Program-made: the position numbers and the translations under genes
The notes under the pieces: model-generated
What the model saw: the letters and a program-made list of their open reading frames with translations, nothing else
Told to the model about the DNA's origin: nothing
Databases searched by the model: none
Source: Candidatus Woesearchaeota archaeon
GTDB lineage: Archaea; Nanobdellota; Nanobdellia; SCGC-AAA011-G17; JACPIM01
Length of the DNA: 64,000 nt
Assembly (NCBI GenBank): GCA_964513145.1
Contig: CAZELK010000003.1
Span: 32,001-96,000, forward strand
Direction: 5' to 3'
In this document: positions 30,561 through 40,934 of the stretch, in pieces
Layout of the letters: every line of letters starts with the position of its first letter
Position numbering within the stretch: the stretch's first letter is position 1

Positions 30561-31205
30561 ATGAAAAAAATTGGAATAATCGGTTCTGGAAATGTTGGTC
30601 AGACTCTCGGACTTGGATTTTTAAAATTGGGCTATGAAGTTAAAATAGGAACTAGAGAAAAAAATAAGTTAGACGAGTGGTTAAGCAAAGCTGGAAAGAA
30701 TGCTTCTGTTGGTGATTTGACAGAAACCGCAAAATTTGCCGAAATCATAATTTTATGCACAAAATGGGAAGGAACAGAAAATGCGATTAATCTTGCAGGA
30801 AAAAATAATTTTAAAGGAAAAATTGTCATTGATGTTACAAACCCATTATTATTTGAAAAAGAAAATGAAGCTCCAAATTTAGCTTTGGGATACCCGAATT
30901 CAGCTGGTTTAACTATACAAAAATGGCTTCCAGATTCACATGTTGTCAAGGCTTTTAATATTATCACTGCGAATTACATGACAAACCCAGATTTAAAGGA
31001 CGGAAAGCCTGACATGTTTATAGCTGGAAATGATAAGAATTCAAAAAAAATAATTACTGAAATTTTATTGAAATTTGGATGGAATGTTTTTGATATTGGA
31101 GACATAAGCCAGGCTTATTTATTGGAATCCTTAGCAATGCTTTGGATAAGATTTGGGTTTTTAAATAACCACTGGACACATGCTTTTAAGCTTTTACAAA
31201 AATAA
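30561..31205 (+). CDS. NADPH-dependent F420-reductase-like dinucleotide-binding oxidoreductase
   Basis: GIIGSGNVG, DVTNP and VVKAFN. Confidence 0.88.
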   Translation: MKKIGIIGSGNVGQTLGLGFLKLGYEVKIGTREKNKLDEWLSKAGKNASVGDLTETAKFAEIIILCTKWEGTENAINLAGKNNFKGKIVIDVTNPLLFEKENEAPNLALGYPNSAGLTIQKWLPDSHVVKAFNIITANYMTNPDLKDGKPDMFIAGNDKNSKKIITEILLKFGWNVFDIGDISQAYLLESLAMLWIRFGFLNNHWTHAFKLLQK

Positions 31206-31243
31206 TAGCAAACTATTTAAACAATTAATTTTAAAATTTGTTC

Positions 31244-31789
31244 ATGGCATTAACAATTTTACTTGTAATTTTAGCAGGAATAGTTCTTTTATTTATTTTA
31301 ATTTATAATAGGCTTGTCAGCTTAAAAAACCAGACAGAAAATGCTTGGTCGCAAATAGATGTACAATTAAAGAGAAGATACGATTTAATTCCTAATTTAG
31401 TTGATACTGTCAAAGGATATATGAAGCATGAAAAAGAAATTTTGACAATGGTTACTGAATTAAGATCTAGATTAATATCTGGAAATGTAGAAGAAAAAGC
31501 CAAGGCAAACAACCAGTTTAGTAATGCTTTAAAAAGTATTTTTGCTGTTGCTGAAAGCTATCCAAAACTGAAAGCAAGCAAGAATTTTTTAAATTTACAA
31601 GATGAATTAAGCGCAACCGAAAATAAAATATCTTATGCAAGGCAATTTTATAATGACAGTGTTTATGGATTAAATACAGCCATAGAATCTTTTCCTACAA
31701 ATATTGTATCTATAATATTTAATTTTTCCAAGAAAGATTATTTTGCTGTAGAGGAAGAAGCTAAAAAACCTGTTAAAGTAAATTTTTAA
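31244..31789 (+). CDS. lemA: LemA family protein
   Basis: YNRLV...AWSQIDVQLKRRYDLIPNLV; AESYPKLKA. Confidence 0.95.
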   Translation: MALTILLVILAGIVLLFILIYNRLVSLKNQTENAWSQIDVQLKRRYDLIPNLVDTVKGYMKHEKEILTMVTELRSRLISGNVEEKAKANNQFSNALKSIFAVAESYPKLKASKNFLNLQDELSATENKISYARQFYNDSVYGLNTAIESFPTNIVSIIFNFSKKDYFAVEEEAKKPVKVNF

Positions 31790-31975
31790 AAAACATAATA
31801 TTTAAATATATAAATAAACTGATAATTTTATGCAGCATAATAACAAAATAATTAGTATTAATAGTTTTTGTTATTTAGTCTGCTAATAAACACTTACACG
31901 CGTTTTCTTCTGATTCTTGCTGTAGGTGTTTTACATAAAGTTTCTGAAGAAAATGTGCTGTAATTAGGAGGAAAA

Positions 31976-32281
31976 ATGGTAGAAGCACAAACTTTGGAAA
32001 TAAAAACTCTGGATGAATATAAGTTAGGCAGTTTTGTTAAAAGAGTTACTGGACGCAGTATTTTTCCTTATTTTAATCAAATTGCTGAAATAGCTGAATT
32101 TGATCAAGGTTTACTAGAAGCTCTTATTGGGGCTGTTTCTATTGTAAATCGCGCTGGAAAACTTGGAAAAGAAGTAAACTATGAGACTTTTGATTATTTA
32201 TCAGACTCATTGCCTAATGAGAAATTAAATTCTTTTTTAAAAGCAATTTATAATAAAGCAAACGGAGAAAAATCTTCATAA
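31976..32281 (+). CDS. Hypothetical protein
   Basis: Strong AGGAGG SD; 101 aa. Confidence 0.65.
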   Translation: MVEAQTLEIKTLDEYKLGSFVKRVTGRSIFPYFNQIAEIAEFDQGLLEALIGAVSIVNRAGKLGKEVNYETFDYLSDSLPNEKLNSFLKAIYNKANGEKSS

Positions 32282-32342
32282 TTATTTATTTTATTTTTTC
32301 AATTAAATTTATAAATTTTGTTAATATTAATAGAATTTTAAA

Positions 32343-33230
32343 ATGGTATATAATCAAATAGCTGTAAACAAGAGAAACTCGATTTTATTATTTATAGGAT
32401 TCTTTATTTTATTGGCTGTTCTTGGTTATGTGCTTGGTTATATTTTTCAAATTGGCGTTTATACTGGTGTAGTTTTAGGTTTAATTTTCTCTATAATCAG
32501 TGCCTTATTTAGCTATTATCTTGGGGACAAAATGGTGCTGAATATTTCTGGTGCAAGGGAAATAAAGAAAAGTGACAGTCCACTTTTATTTAATATTGTA
32601 GAAAGTTTGAGTTTAGGTAGCGGTCTGCCAATGCCAAGATTACATATAATAAACGATAATTCAATAAATGCTTTTGCAACTGGGAGGGATCCAAAGCATG
32701 CAAATGTAGCTGTAACGACTGGCAGTTTGAGCAAATTAAACAAAGAAGAACTAGAAGGTGTTTTAGCACATGAAATCAGCCACATAAAAAATTTTGATAT
32801 AAGATTTATGGTTTTAGTTTCTGTAATGGTGGGAACTATTGTAATGCTAAGCGACTTTTTCTTGAGAAGTTTTTTATTTTCAGGATCATCTGATAGAGAA
32901 AATAGAAATATAAATATAATCTTGCTTGCAGTTGGTTTTGTTTTGGCTATTTTGTCACCTTTAATTGCTGAAATAATCAAATTAGCTATTTCAAGAAAAA
33001 GAGAGTATTTGGCAGATGTTTCAGGCTCTTTACTAACAAAAAATCCCAAAGGGCTAGCAAATGCCTTAAGAAAAATTGCAGGAGATAATAATGTTTTACG
33101 AACTGCCAATCATGCAACAGCACATTTGTTTATTTCTAACCCATTTAAGAATAAAAGAAGCTGGCTTAATAATTTATTTAGTACGCATCCACCAGTTGAG
33201 GAACGTATTAAAAAACTTGAAGAACTTTAG
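32343..33230 (+). CDS. htpX: Zn metalloprotease HtpX (M48)
   Basis: NAFATG, HEISH, REYLAD and STHPP. Confidence 0.95.
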   Translation: MVYNQIAVNKRNSILLFIGFFILLAVLGYVLGYIFQIGVYTGVVLGLIFSIISALFSYYLGDKMVLNISGAREIKKSDSPLLFNIVESLSLGSGLPMPRLHIINDNSINAFATGRDPKHANVAVTTGSLSKLNKEELEGVLAHEISHIKNFDIRFMVLVSVMVGTIVMLSDFFLRSFLFSGSSDRENRNINIILLAVGFVLAILSPLIAEIIKLAISRKREYLADVSGSLLTKNPKGLANALRKIAGDNNVLRTANHATAHLFISNPFKNKRSWLNNLFSTHPPVEERIKKLEEL

Positions 33231-33562
33231 TTACTTACATAAGTGTTATTTAAAAATTCTGTAAATTCTTCTCTTTCTGTTTCGGGGATATTTAGATATT
33301 CAAATGCTGCCTGCAGGGCTTTTTTTGAATGTTCTTTTACATGGGCTTCATTTCTGCAGTTGAAATAAGTTATACATCCATCTTTGTACATTGTATTTGC
33401 TATATCTATATCTTTTTTATTTGAATTTGATAAAGCTGGCCTGATAACACTATATAAAAACAAACCAGCTCTGAGACTTTCATCATCTGATGGGCAATAA
33501 TTTCTCTGAGCGAAAATACAACCAGATATTGATAATAAGATAGTTACTAATGTTTTTTTCAT
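33227..33562 (-). CDS. Hypothetical secreted protein
   Basis: Signal-peptide-like N-terminus. Confidence 0.55.
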   Translation of the reverse strand: MKKTLVTILLSISGCIFAQRNYCPSDDESLRAGLFLYSVIRPALSNSNKKDIDIANTMYKDGCITYFNCRNEAHVKEHSKKALQAAFEYLNIPETEREEFTEFLNNTYVSN

Positions 33563-33610
33563 TTATTACCTTTATAAAATCAAATATAATATATTTAAGA
33601 ATATTTGCTT

Positions 33611-34807
33611 TTACAATCTTTTTATATATTCTATTTCTTCTTCTGTTAACCTTAACTCTTTTGGATTAATATTTTTTTTAATTAAAGTTTTTAGTATATT
33701 GAAATTATTTTGCAGTGTTTTTTTTATTGAACAATGCGTGTATTCTGCAAGTTTTTCTGCGATTGCTATTTTTTTTGCATTTTTTTGATTTTGTATATAA
33801 ATTTTAAGCAATCTTGTGGTTCTTTTATATGGAGTAAATCCAAGATAACTTTCTTTTTTTGAAAAAGCTATTCCAGCAGTCATTAAGGCATTTCTGTATA
33901 CTAGCAACCTGTAATATTGTTCTCTGAAAATTCTTTTTTTGTAAATATCTGCCCTGGACAATGCTTCATATCCCCTTTTTATATCCAAAGGCTTTTTATA
34001 TTCTACAGGCAAGTTTTCATCCAACCACAAGAAACATTCGTCCAAGTCAACACTTGTATTTTCGAAACTTTCCAATATTAAATTTACATCCTTGCTTTTG
34101 AAAACAGTTCTTAAGGCATTGAAGATTGTTTCTTCTTTTTCTCTTTCTTCTATTATGTCTACTCCTGTTAATTCTTTTCTGCCCTGGGTTAATGTTTGCA
34201 AGTCATTTACTCCAGCCCTTAAGTCACCATTAGATTTTCTTGCCAGCTTTCTTAACGTACTTTCATCATAGAGGACATTTTCTTTTTCCAATATATTTTT
34301 TAATGTTACATAAGTATCTTCCAAAGAAATTGGTTTGAACTCTACTAAACAGCATTTTTTCCTTAGTTCTGCTAATTTTTTTGAATATGGGTCATTGGCA
34401 GTTAATATTATTGAGTGTTTAGTTTCTTTTATTATCTGATTTAAAGCAGCTATCCCGCCACGATCTTCATTTCCAGCTATTCCATCCACTTCATCAATTA
34501 ATATTATCTTCCCTGAATTAAACAGACTCAATTGTTTTGAAGAAGATCCTATAATTTCAATTATTTTATCCTTGTTTCTTTGATCAGAAGCATTTATTTC
34601 CAATATTTCATAATTTAGTTCATTTGCCAAGACATGAACTGAAGAAGTTTTTCCTGTTCCAGCCGGACCATAAAGAATAGTTGGTTTTTTTTCAAGTATA
34701 AATTTTTTTAGGTTTATTACAGACTCTTTATTTGAAACTATATTATTAAGATTTTTTGGTCTATATTTTTCTGTCCAGTTTAAATTTATTTTATTTAGAA
34801 GAACCAT
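33611..34807 (-). CDS. rfcL: Replication factor C large subunit
   Basis: WTEKYRP, GPAGTGKT, LIDEVDG and GDLRA. Confidence 0.93.
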   Translation of the reverse strand: MVLLNKINLNWTEKYRPKNLNNIVSNKESVINLKKFILEKKPTILYGPAGTGKTSSVHVLANELNYEILEINASDQRNKDKIIEIIGSSSKQLSLFNSGKIILIDEVDGIAGNEDRGGIAALNQIIKETKHSIILTANDPYSKKLAELRKKCCLVEFKPISLEDTYVTLKNILEKENVLYDESTLRKLARKSNGDLRAGVNDLQTLTQGRKELTGVDIIEEREKEETIFNALRTVFKSKDVNLILESFENTSVDLDECFLWLDENLPVEYKKPLDIKRGYEALSRADIYKKRIFREQYYRLLVYRNALMTAGIAFSKKESYLGFTPYKRTTRLLKIYIQNQKNAKKIAIAEKLAEYTHCSIKKTLQNNFNILKTLIKKNINPKELRLTEEEIEYIKRL

Positions 34808-34840
34808 AACCCTTTTTGCGAAAAGTCTTAACCGAAAAAA
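34808..34840 (+). repeat. REP-like repeat copy (degenerate)
   Basis: AACCCTTTTT-gcg-AAAAGTCTTAACCGAAAA. Confidence 0.45.
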
Positions 34841-34861
34841 TGATTAGCTTTTATCATCTCC

Positions 34862-35827
34862 TTAATTATTTTTATTTATCAATATTAAATTAGCTAAAAA
34901 ACTTTCTATCTGAACAAACTCATCTGAACCTTCAACTATTCTGAACTCTATTTCCCCGCATTTATCAATCAAATAAACTTTTTTTTGTTCTTCAATCTCC
35001 AAAGACCAAATTTCTTTTTGAATCTGCTTAATTGTGTCTATTCCTGACAACCCATATTTTAACATTGTATCTAATAATTTTTCTCTGGATTTCAAGAAGT
35101 CACCTTTCAACGCTATATCCATAATTTCTTTTATTTCTTTAGGTCTTGCTGCAGAAACTAAACTAAAAACTAATTCTTCGTTGATATTATTGTCAATTGC
35201 AGCACAAGTCTGAAGCATGTTTTCTAATTTTCTACAGTCGCCTTCTGAAACTTTAAACAAGGCTTTAATTGCTTCTTCTGAAATTTTTAGATTTTCTTTT
35301 TGCGCAATATTTTCTATAATTTTTCTAATATCTTTTTCTTCCAAAGGCTTAAATCTAAAAACAGTACATCTACTTAACAAAGGATCGATAATTTTACTTG
35401 AGTAGTTGCAAGAAATTAAAAACCTTGTAGTTTGTGCAAAAGTTTCCATAGTTCTTCTTAATGCTTGCTGAGCATCTTTTGTAAGATTATCCGCCTCATC
35501 CAAGAAAATTATTTTCCAAGTAAAGTCCCCAATTGGTTTTACTCTTGCAAAATCTTTTATTATTCCTCTTATTGTGTCAATCCCACGATCATCACTAGCA
35601 TTGAGTTCAAGGAAATTTTGCTGCCATGTATCGCCGAACAGTTCTTTTGCTATTACTATAGAAATTGTTGATTTTCCTATTCCAGGAGGACCTGTAAAAA
35701 GAAGATGAGGGATATTTTTTAATTTTACCATTGCTTCAATTCTTTCCACTATTTTTTCCTGGCCAATTATTTCGGAAAACTTACTAGGCCTGTATTTCTC
35801 TACCCATATACTTTCTTTTATATCCAT
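34862..35827 (-). CDS. rfcS: Replication factor C small subunit
   Basis: WVEKYRP, GPPGIGKS, LELNASDDRG, DEAD and SRC; no intein. Confidence 0.96.
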   Translation of the reverse strand: MDIKESIWVEKYRPSKFSEIIGQEKIVERIEAMVKLKNIPHLLFTGPPGIGKSTISIVIAKELFGDTWQQNFLELNASDDRGIDTIRGIIKDFARVKPIGDFTWKIIFLDEADNLTKDAQQALRRTMETFAQTTRFLISCNYSSKIIDPLLSRCTVFRFKPLEEKDIRKIIENIAQKENLKISEEAIKALFKVSEGDCRKLENMLQTCAAIDNNINEELVFSLVSAARPKEIKEIMDIALKGDFLKSREKLLDTMLKYGLSGIDTIKQIQKEIWSLEIEEQKKVYLIDKCGEIEFRIVEGSDEFVQIESFLANLILINKNN

Positions 35828-35830
35828 TTT

Positions 35831-35859
35831 AAACTTTTAAGGAAAAGTTTAATCAAAAA
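35831..35859 (+). repeat. REP-like repeat copy
   Basis: AAACTTTT-aagg-AAAAGTTTAATCAAAAA. Confidence 0.6.
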
Positions 35860-36026
35860 CTTTTTTTGTTATAACTTTGTTGTAAATTGTCTTTTTAAAA
35901 TTATTTGCTTTTGAAAATCTATTTGAAAACTAAAACAATTTTAAATATACTCAGTATAAAAAAATCGTTTTATTATCTATTAAGTTAAACAATAATCATT
36001 TAATAAAGCCCCATATTTTTTATGCT

Positions 36027-37166
36027 ATGATCAATATAATTAAGAGGAAGTTATTTGAAAAAGGATTGACCAGCACCTCATTTTTCAGGAAAATAGTCCG
36101 CAAAGTTGCTTATTATACAGCTAATAATGACCCAGAAAATGTACATGATTTAGCCTTAAAGTCATTAAATGATTTTTCTATGGCTATTGATAAAAAAAGC
36201 AAGCTTTTTGATTTTCCAGATTTACATCTTAATATTGCTGGCTATGATGCTATGCCATTTGGTACTGCTGCTGGCTTGGATAAAAATGGAGATGCTTTAT
36301 ATCCCTTATCGAAAATATTCGGCTATTTAAAACCAGGGACAATAATTGTACCTCAAAGAGCTGGGAATAACAGGCCGAGAGTTACTGTAGACGAGAAATT
36401 GGATGAAATTTATAATGCCCAGGGTTTTCCAAGCAAAGGTTTAGAATATTTTATGAACAATCTTTTTCACTATTATGAGAAAAATATCAAAACACCAATT
36501 ATACCAAGTATTTGCGGAATACCAAATAGTGTGGATAATTTAAGCGGAGCATATAAGGAATTAGAAACTTTATTAACAATAATCACTCCCTATGCTGATG
36601 GCATAGAATGGAACCCTTTTTCTCCAAATACAGCTGCCTTGTCTGCATTAAGAACTCCAAAAGAATTTGAAAATAGTGCTAAATTAATTAAAGAAATTGC
36701 AGGCAAAAAGCTGAAAGTAGTTAAGATGGGTCCTTATGAAAAAGAAAAAAGTTCTGAGTGGCTAAAATTAGTAGGGGCTTTTTTGAATGGTGGTGGAGAC
36801 GGGATAACTGCTGTCAATACTTACATTGTTCCAAAAGAAAAAGTTCCTTCTAAAAGTTGGGGATATCAATCTGCTGGAAGAAGCGGAACTTTTTTACAAG
36901 TTTACAGGCAAAGAGCAATAAAAGACACAAGAAGAAATTTCCCAAATGCTTTTATTTTTGCAACTGGAGGCATTAATTCTGCTGAACAAGCCTGGGCGGC
37001 TTTTGAAGCAGGCGCAAATGCATTGGAAGGTTATACTCCTTATACTTTCAAAGGATTTGGTTTGATATTAGAAATGGCTGAAGGATTAAGAAGAAAAATT
37101 AAAAGAACTGGTTATAAAACCTTGAAAGAGTATTTAAATCATAAAATGCCTTCCCAAGCATCATAG
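36027..37166 (+). CDS. pyrD: Dihydroorotate dehydrogenase, class 2-like
   Basis: DPENVH, AAGLDKN, YNAQGFPSKG, FSPNT and ATGGI. Confidence 0.85.
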   Translation: MINIIKRKLFEKGLTSTSFFRKIVRKVAYYTANNDPENVHDLALKSLNDFSMAIDKKSKLFDFPDLHLNIAGYDAMPFGTAAGLDKNGDALYPLSKIFGYLKPGTIIVPQRAGNNRPRVTVDEKLDEIYNAQGFPSKGLEYFMNNLFHYYEKNIKTPIIPSICGIPNSVDNLSGAYKELETLLTIITPYADGIEWNPFSPNTAALSALRTPKEFENSAKLIKEIAGKKLKVVKMGPYEKEKSSEWLKLVGAFLNGGGDGITAVNTYIVPKEKVPSKSWGYQSAGRSGTFLQVYRQRAIKDTRRNFPNAFIFATGGINSAEQAWAAFEAGANALEGYTPYTFKGFGLILEMAEGLRRKIKRTGYKTLKEYLNHKMPSQAS

Positions 37167-38197
37167 TCATATTCTTTTCTTAATTGAGGAACTTCTTTAA
37201 TTAAATCTTCTAGTTTGTCCAGAGAAACATCTGTTCTTGGTTTTACATTATCCAATTTTGGAGAAAAAATCTTTTTAGTATTGCCAAATGTAAATTTTTT
37301 TATTTGTTCATTATTAAGATATTTTTTTAACCATCTTAAAAATAAAGGAAATATCGGCAATTGCGGAAAACCAGAAAAATAAGGTGGATTTAATTTTTCT
37401 TTTTTTATATGTGGAGCGTGATCACTTTCGTAAAAATCTAATTCATTATTAAAAAGCTTTTTTTGCATTGAAAGCATTCTATTTTCATCTCTTAATGGCG
37501 GGTTCTTTTTTCTGTATATTCCATTAAATTCTTTCATAAGACCTTCATGCATAAGCAAATGCTGGGGACCAACTCCAACACTTAATTTTTCTTTTAATAG
37601 ATGTCTATGGCACATTTCAACAGATTCTGGACACGATGCATGAGCTATATGAAGCCTTCCTTGATATCTATTTTCCAAAGCATCTCCAAGCATGTCAGAA
37701 ACAGAGGCGATTTCAGCTATTGGAGGTCTATTGCAACAATGGCTTATCGGGTTATTTGGATTAAAATCTTTTACAATGAAATCTTCTTTTTCACAGTGTG
37801 TCATTAGAACACCTTTATAATTTTCTTTTGCCAGGATTTCGAAAACTTTTCTTTGATCCTTTCTTTTATCTACTTTAGTTTCCCCAACAGAATGTCCTGC
37901 AAACATTTTAAAACCAATTGCTTCCTTGTATTTATACCATAATTCAATTGCTTTTTCTATCTGCTTTGTCTGTGGAGTTAACAATATCCACTGAAAGAAT
38001 TCTACTGAAGAATTTACTTTTACTGCTTTGTCTTGATAATATAGAAATGCTTCTTCATCTATAGTTGCTGGATCCCCATTTCCAACACTAGCTATAGCAC
38101 TCATTCCAACTCTATATGCAACAGAAAGAATATGTTCAATAGTTTCTTTATAGGCCTGCTTTCCATCTCTAGCATGGACATGAATATCAATAAACAT
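37139..38197 (-). CDS. pyrC: Dihydroorotase (amidohydrolase)
   Basis: DIHVHARD, HIAHAS, KKNPPLR and SDHAPH. Confidence 0.88.
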   Translation of the reverse strand: MFIDIHVHARDGKQAYKETIEHILSVAYRVGMSAIASVGNGDPATIDEEAFLYYQDKAVKVNSSVEFFQWILLTPQTKQIEKAIELWYKYKEAIGFKMFAGHSVGETKVDKRKDQRKVFEILAKENYKGVLMTHCEKEDFIVKDFNPNNPISHCCNRPPIAEIASVSDMLGDALENRYQGRLHIAHASCPESVEMCHRHLLKEKLSVGVGPQHLLMHEGLMKEFNGIYRKKNPPLRDENRMLSMQKKLFNNELDFYESDHAPHIKKEKLNPPYFSGFPQLPIFPLFLRWLKKYLNNEQIKKFTFGNTKKIFSPKLDNVKPRTDVSLDKLEDLIKEVPQLRKEYDYDAWEGIL

Positions 38198-38228
38198 AAA
38201 TTAATTTTTTTAATTTGAAATATAAGTA

Positions 38229-40247
38229 TTATTGTATTCTTGCACCCAGATCTATATCTTTGTCAGGAGTTATTAATGTAACTTTATTGTCTTTCACTGC
38301 AGCCAAAATCATACCAGCACTTTCTTCGCCCCGAATTTTAACAGGCTCCAGGTTTCGAAAAACAACAACTTTTTTATTTAACAATTCTTCTTTTGAATAA
38401 TGCTGTTTTAAGCCGGCAACTAACTGAATATTTTGTTCTACAGAACTAATATCTACCAAGACAATATATAATTTTTCTGCATTAGGATGATCTTTTACTG
38501 CTTTTATTTTTCCAATTCTTAAATCTAATTTTTGCCAGTCGCTAAATTTAATTTTGTCCATAGTAATTATACCTATATTTTCTTCTTTTATAGGTTTTGG
38601 TATGTTTTTTAAAATATCAAACTCTGTGACAGTTGAAGTTATTCTTTTTAATTCTTCAATTTCTTTCTTCTCAATAACTTTAAACAAGGGATTGGGCTCA
38701 TTGATTTTATGATTTTTTAAATTAAATTTATCGACTTTAATCCAATCACTTTCTTTACAGTTTAACATACCCAAAATCTTTTTAGAAGCATTTGGTAAGA
38801 AAGGACTTATCGTTAAACCAAGAATTTTACATAAATTAGCACAATTGAATATTACATCTTTATTTTTCGTTTTCCATGGTTCTTTTTCATCAAAATATTT
38901 ATTTCCCAGATCTGATAATCTTAATATTTCTTTTAAAGCATCTTTTAATTCAACTTTTTCAAATGATTTTTTTATTATTTTTATCTGCTTTTTTATTTTA
39001 TTCTCGAATTTTTTATCTATTTTGCCTGAAGGTATTTTTTTATCAAAATTATTTGCAATGAATTTTAGAACTCGGTTTATATAATTTCCAAAATTTCCAT
39101 TTAACTCACTATTTATTCTATTTTCAAATTCTTTCCAAGAAAAATCAGTATCTTTTGTTTCTGGAATTATATAGGATAAATAAAATCGCCAATAATCAGA
39201 GTCTAAACCTGTCTTAGATAAATTCTCACAAAATACGCCCCTATTTTTACTTTTAGAAAATTTTCCCCCTTCATAATTTAAATATTGCAATCCAACTACA
39301 TTATAAGGCAAATTAAATTTTCCATGAGCTAAAAGTTCTGCAGGGAAAAATATAGTATGGAATGGAATGTTGTCTTTTCCAATAAAATGGTAAACTTTTC
39401 CTTGTTTTGATTTCCAATATTTTGTCCAATTTTTTGAATATTCTTTAATGAAACTAATATAACCTAATGCATTTTCTAGCCATACGTAAAAAACTTTATT
39501 TTCAAAACCTTTGAGTGGTACCTTGATTCCCCATGATAAATCTCTGGTTATGCATCTCTGTCTTAAACCTTCTTTTATCCAAGCCAAAGCCATTTGTCTT
39601 ACTTGGGGGCGCCAATGTTTATTAGATTTAATCCATTTCTCTAATTTTTTTGATAATTTACTTAAATCGAAGAATAAATGTTTCTCATTTTTAAATTCTA
39701 TATTTTGAAGATTACAAATTGCACATTTAGGATTATTTAATTTTTCAGGATCTAATAATTTACCACATTTTTCACACTGATCTCCTCTTGCGCCTTCGTA
39801 ATTACAAAAAGGACAGTTTCCTTCTATAAATCTATCTGGTAATTGTCTTTTACAATTATTACAATATGGTAATTTTAATTTTCCTTCTATAAAATAACCT
39901 TTTTTATAAAGTTTGAGAAAAAAATCTTTTACGAACTCATGATGGCTTTTATTACTTGTTCTTGAGAAATTATCATAGTTAAAATTAAACCAATCATAAA
40001 TATCTTTATGAACTTTAAAATAAAAATCACATAATTCTTTTGGTGTAACTTTATTTTTTAATGCAGCTACTTCGGATGTAGTTCCATGTTCGTCAGTTCC
40101 ACCAATAAATAAACATTCATAATTATTTAATTTGCAATATCTATAAAATACATCTGCTGGCAAATGACTTCCTACAATATTGCCCAAATGGGGAACATTA
40201 TTAACAAATGGAAGAGCGGCTGTTATTAATCTATATTCCTTTTTCAT
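38229..40247 (-). CDS. metG: Methionyl-tRNA synthetase with C-terminal tRNA-binding domain
   Basis: HLGN, Zn knuckles, KFSKS and EMAPII-like C-terminus. Confidence 0.97.
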   Translation of the reverse strand: MKKEYRLITAALPFVNNVPHLGNIVGSHLPADVFYRYCKLNNYECLFIGGTDEHGTTSEVAALKNKVTPKELCDFYFKVHKDIYDWFNFNYDNFSRTSNKSHHEFVKDFFLKLYKKGYFIEGKLKLPYCNNCKRQLPDRFIEGNCPFCNYEGARGDQCEKCGKLLDPEKLNNPKCAICNLQNIEFKNEKHLFFDLSKLSKKLEKWIKSNKHWRPQVRQMALAWIKEGLRQRCITRDLSWGIKVPLKGFENKVFYVWLENALGYISFIKEYSKNWTKYWKSKQGKVYHFIGKDNIPFHTIFFPAELLAHGKFNLPYNVVGLQYLNYEGGKFSKSKNRGVFCENLSKTGLDSDYWRFYLSYIIPETKDTDFSWKEFENRINSELNGNFGNYINRVLKFIANNFDKKIPSGKIDKKFENKIKKQIKIIKKSFEKVELKDALKEILRLSDLGNKYFDEKEPWKTKNKDVIFNCANLCKILGLTISPFLPNASKKILGMLNCKESDWIKVDKFNLKNHKINEPNPLFKVIEKKEIEELKRITSTVTEFDILKNIPKPIKEENIGIITMDKIKFSDWQKLDLRIGKIKAVKDHPNAEKLYIVLVDISSVEQNIQLVAGLKQHYSKEELLNKKVVVFRNLEPVKIRGEESAGMILAAVKDNKVTLITPDKDIDLGARIQ

Positions 40248-40462
40248 TTACCAAATTTCCTGTTTCTTTCTAAAATATTGAGTTTTGCAAGTTTTAAATT
40301 CTTTACCCTTTTTTCATGCTTTAAATAAGATTCTATTTTTGTTAGTAGTTTGTATAAATCTTTCTTTTTTGTAATTGCTAATGTCCAGCAAACTTACGAA
40401 AAAATCGGAAAGTCTCCGAAAATAGATTTTAAATCAAATTTTTAATTATTTAAATTTTCACA

Positions 40463-40882
40463 TTAAAATGGTTCGTTTGAAACCCATAGACTTACTGCCT
40501 TACAAATAGTCAAATATCTTGTAACTCCTTTTTTATTGCAGCACAATTCCAAAGTTTGTCCGTTTTTTATTGGTATTTCTCTAGTAATTGTTTCTTTAAT
40601 GAACAACCAGGATTTTTTTGTTTCTTCAATCATGCCTACAGTTTCATTGCTTTTGAATATCTGTGTATAAAGCCCAGAATATTCTGATATTGGGGAGATT
40701 TTTCCATGCGGACTGCCAATATATCTCGATATAACTGAATCAAAATAAGGAAGAAGTATTTTATTTCCTTCAACAATTATATCAAAACTAATGTGCTTTG
40801 ACTGTCTATGAATTTCAAATTCTTTATTTAGTTCTACCTGACCAATTTTTTCATTTAATCTATAAACAGTCAAATAAAGCAT
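40463..40882 (-). CDS. Hypothetical protein (start likely MLYLTV)
   Basis: The 5' extension of the track ORF overlaps the divergent methyltransferase, so it was trimmed. Confidence 0.5.
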   Translation of the reverse strand: MLYLTVYRLNEKIGQVELNKEFEIHRQSKHISFDIIVEGNKILLPYFDSVISRYIGSPHGKISPISEYSGLYTQIFKSNETVGMIEETKKSWLFIKETITREIPIKNGQTLELCCNKKGVTRYLTICKAVSLWVSNEPF

Positions 40883-40934
40883 TCTCTTTATTGTTTTTAC
40901 ATTAGTATTTAAATAAGTTGTTTTTCTTTTATTC

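Noticed and set aside
34862-35827. Intein in RFC small subunit (a common site)
   Set aside because: The P-loop region is continuous and the length is normal
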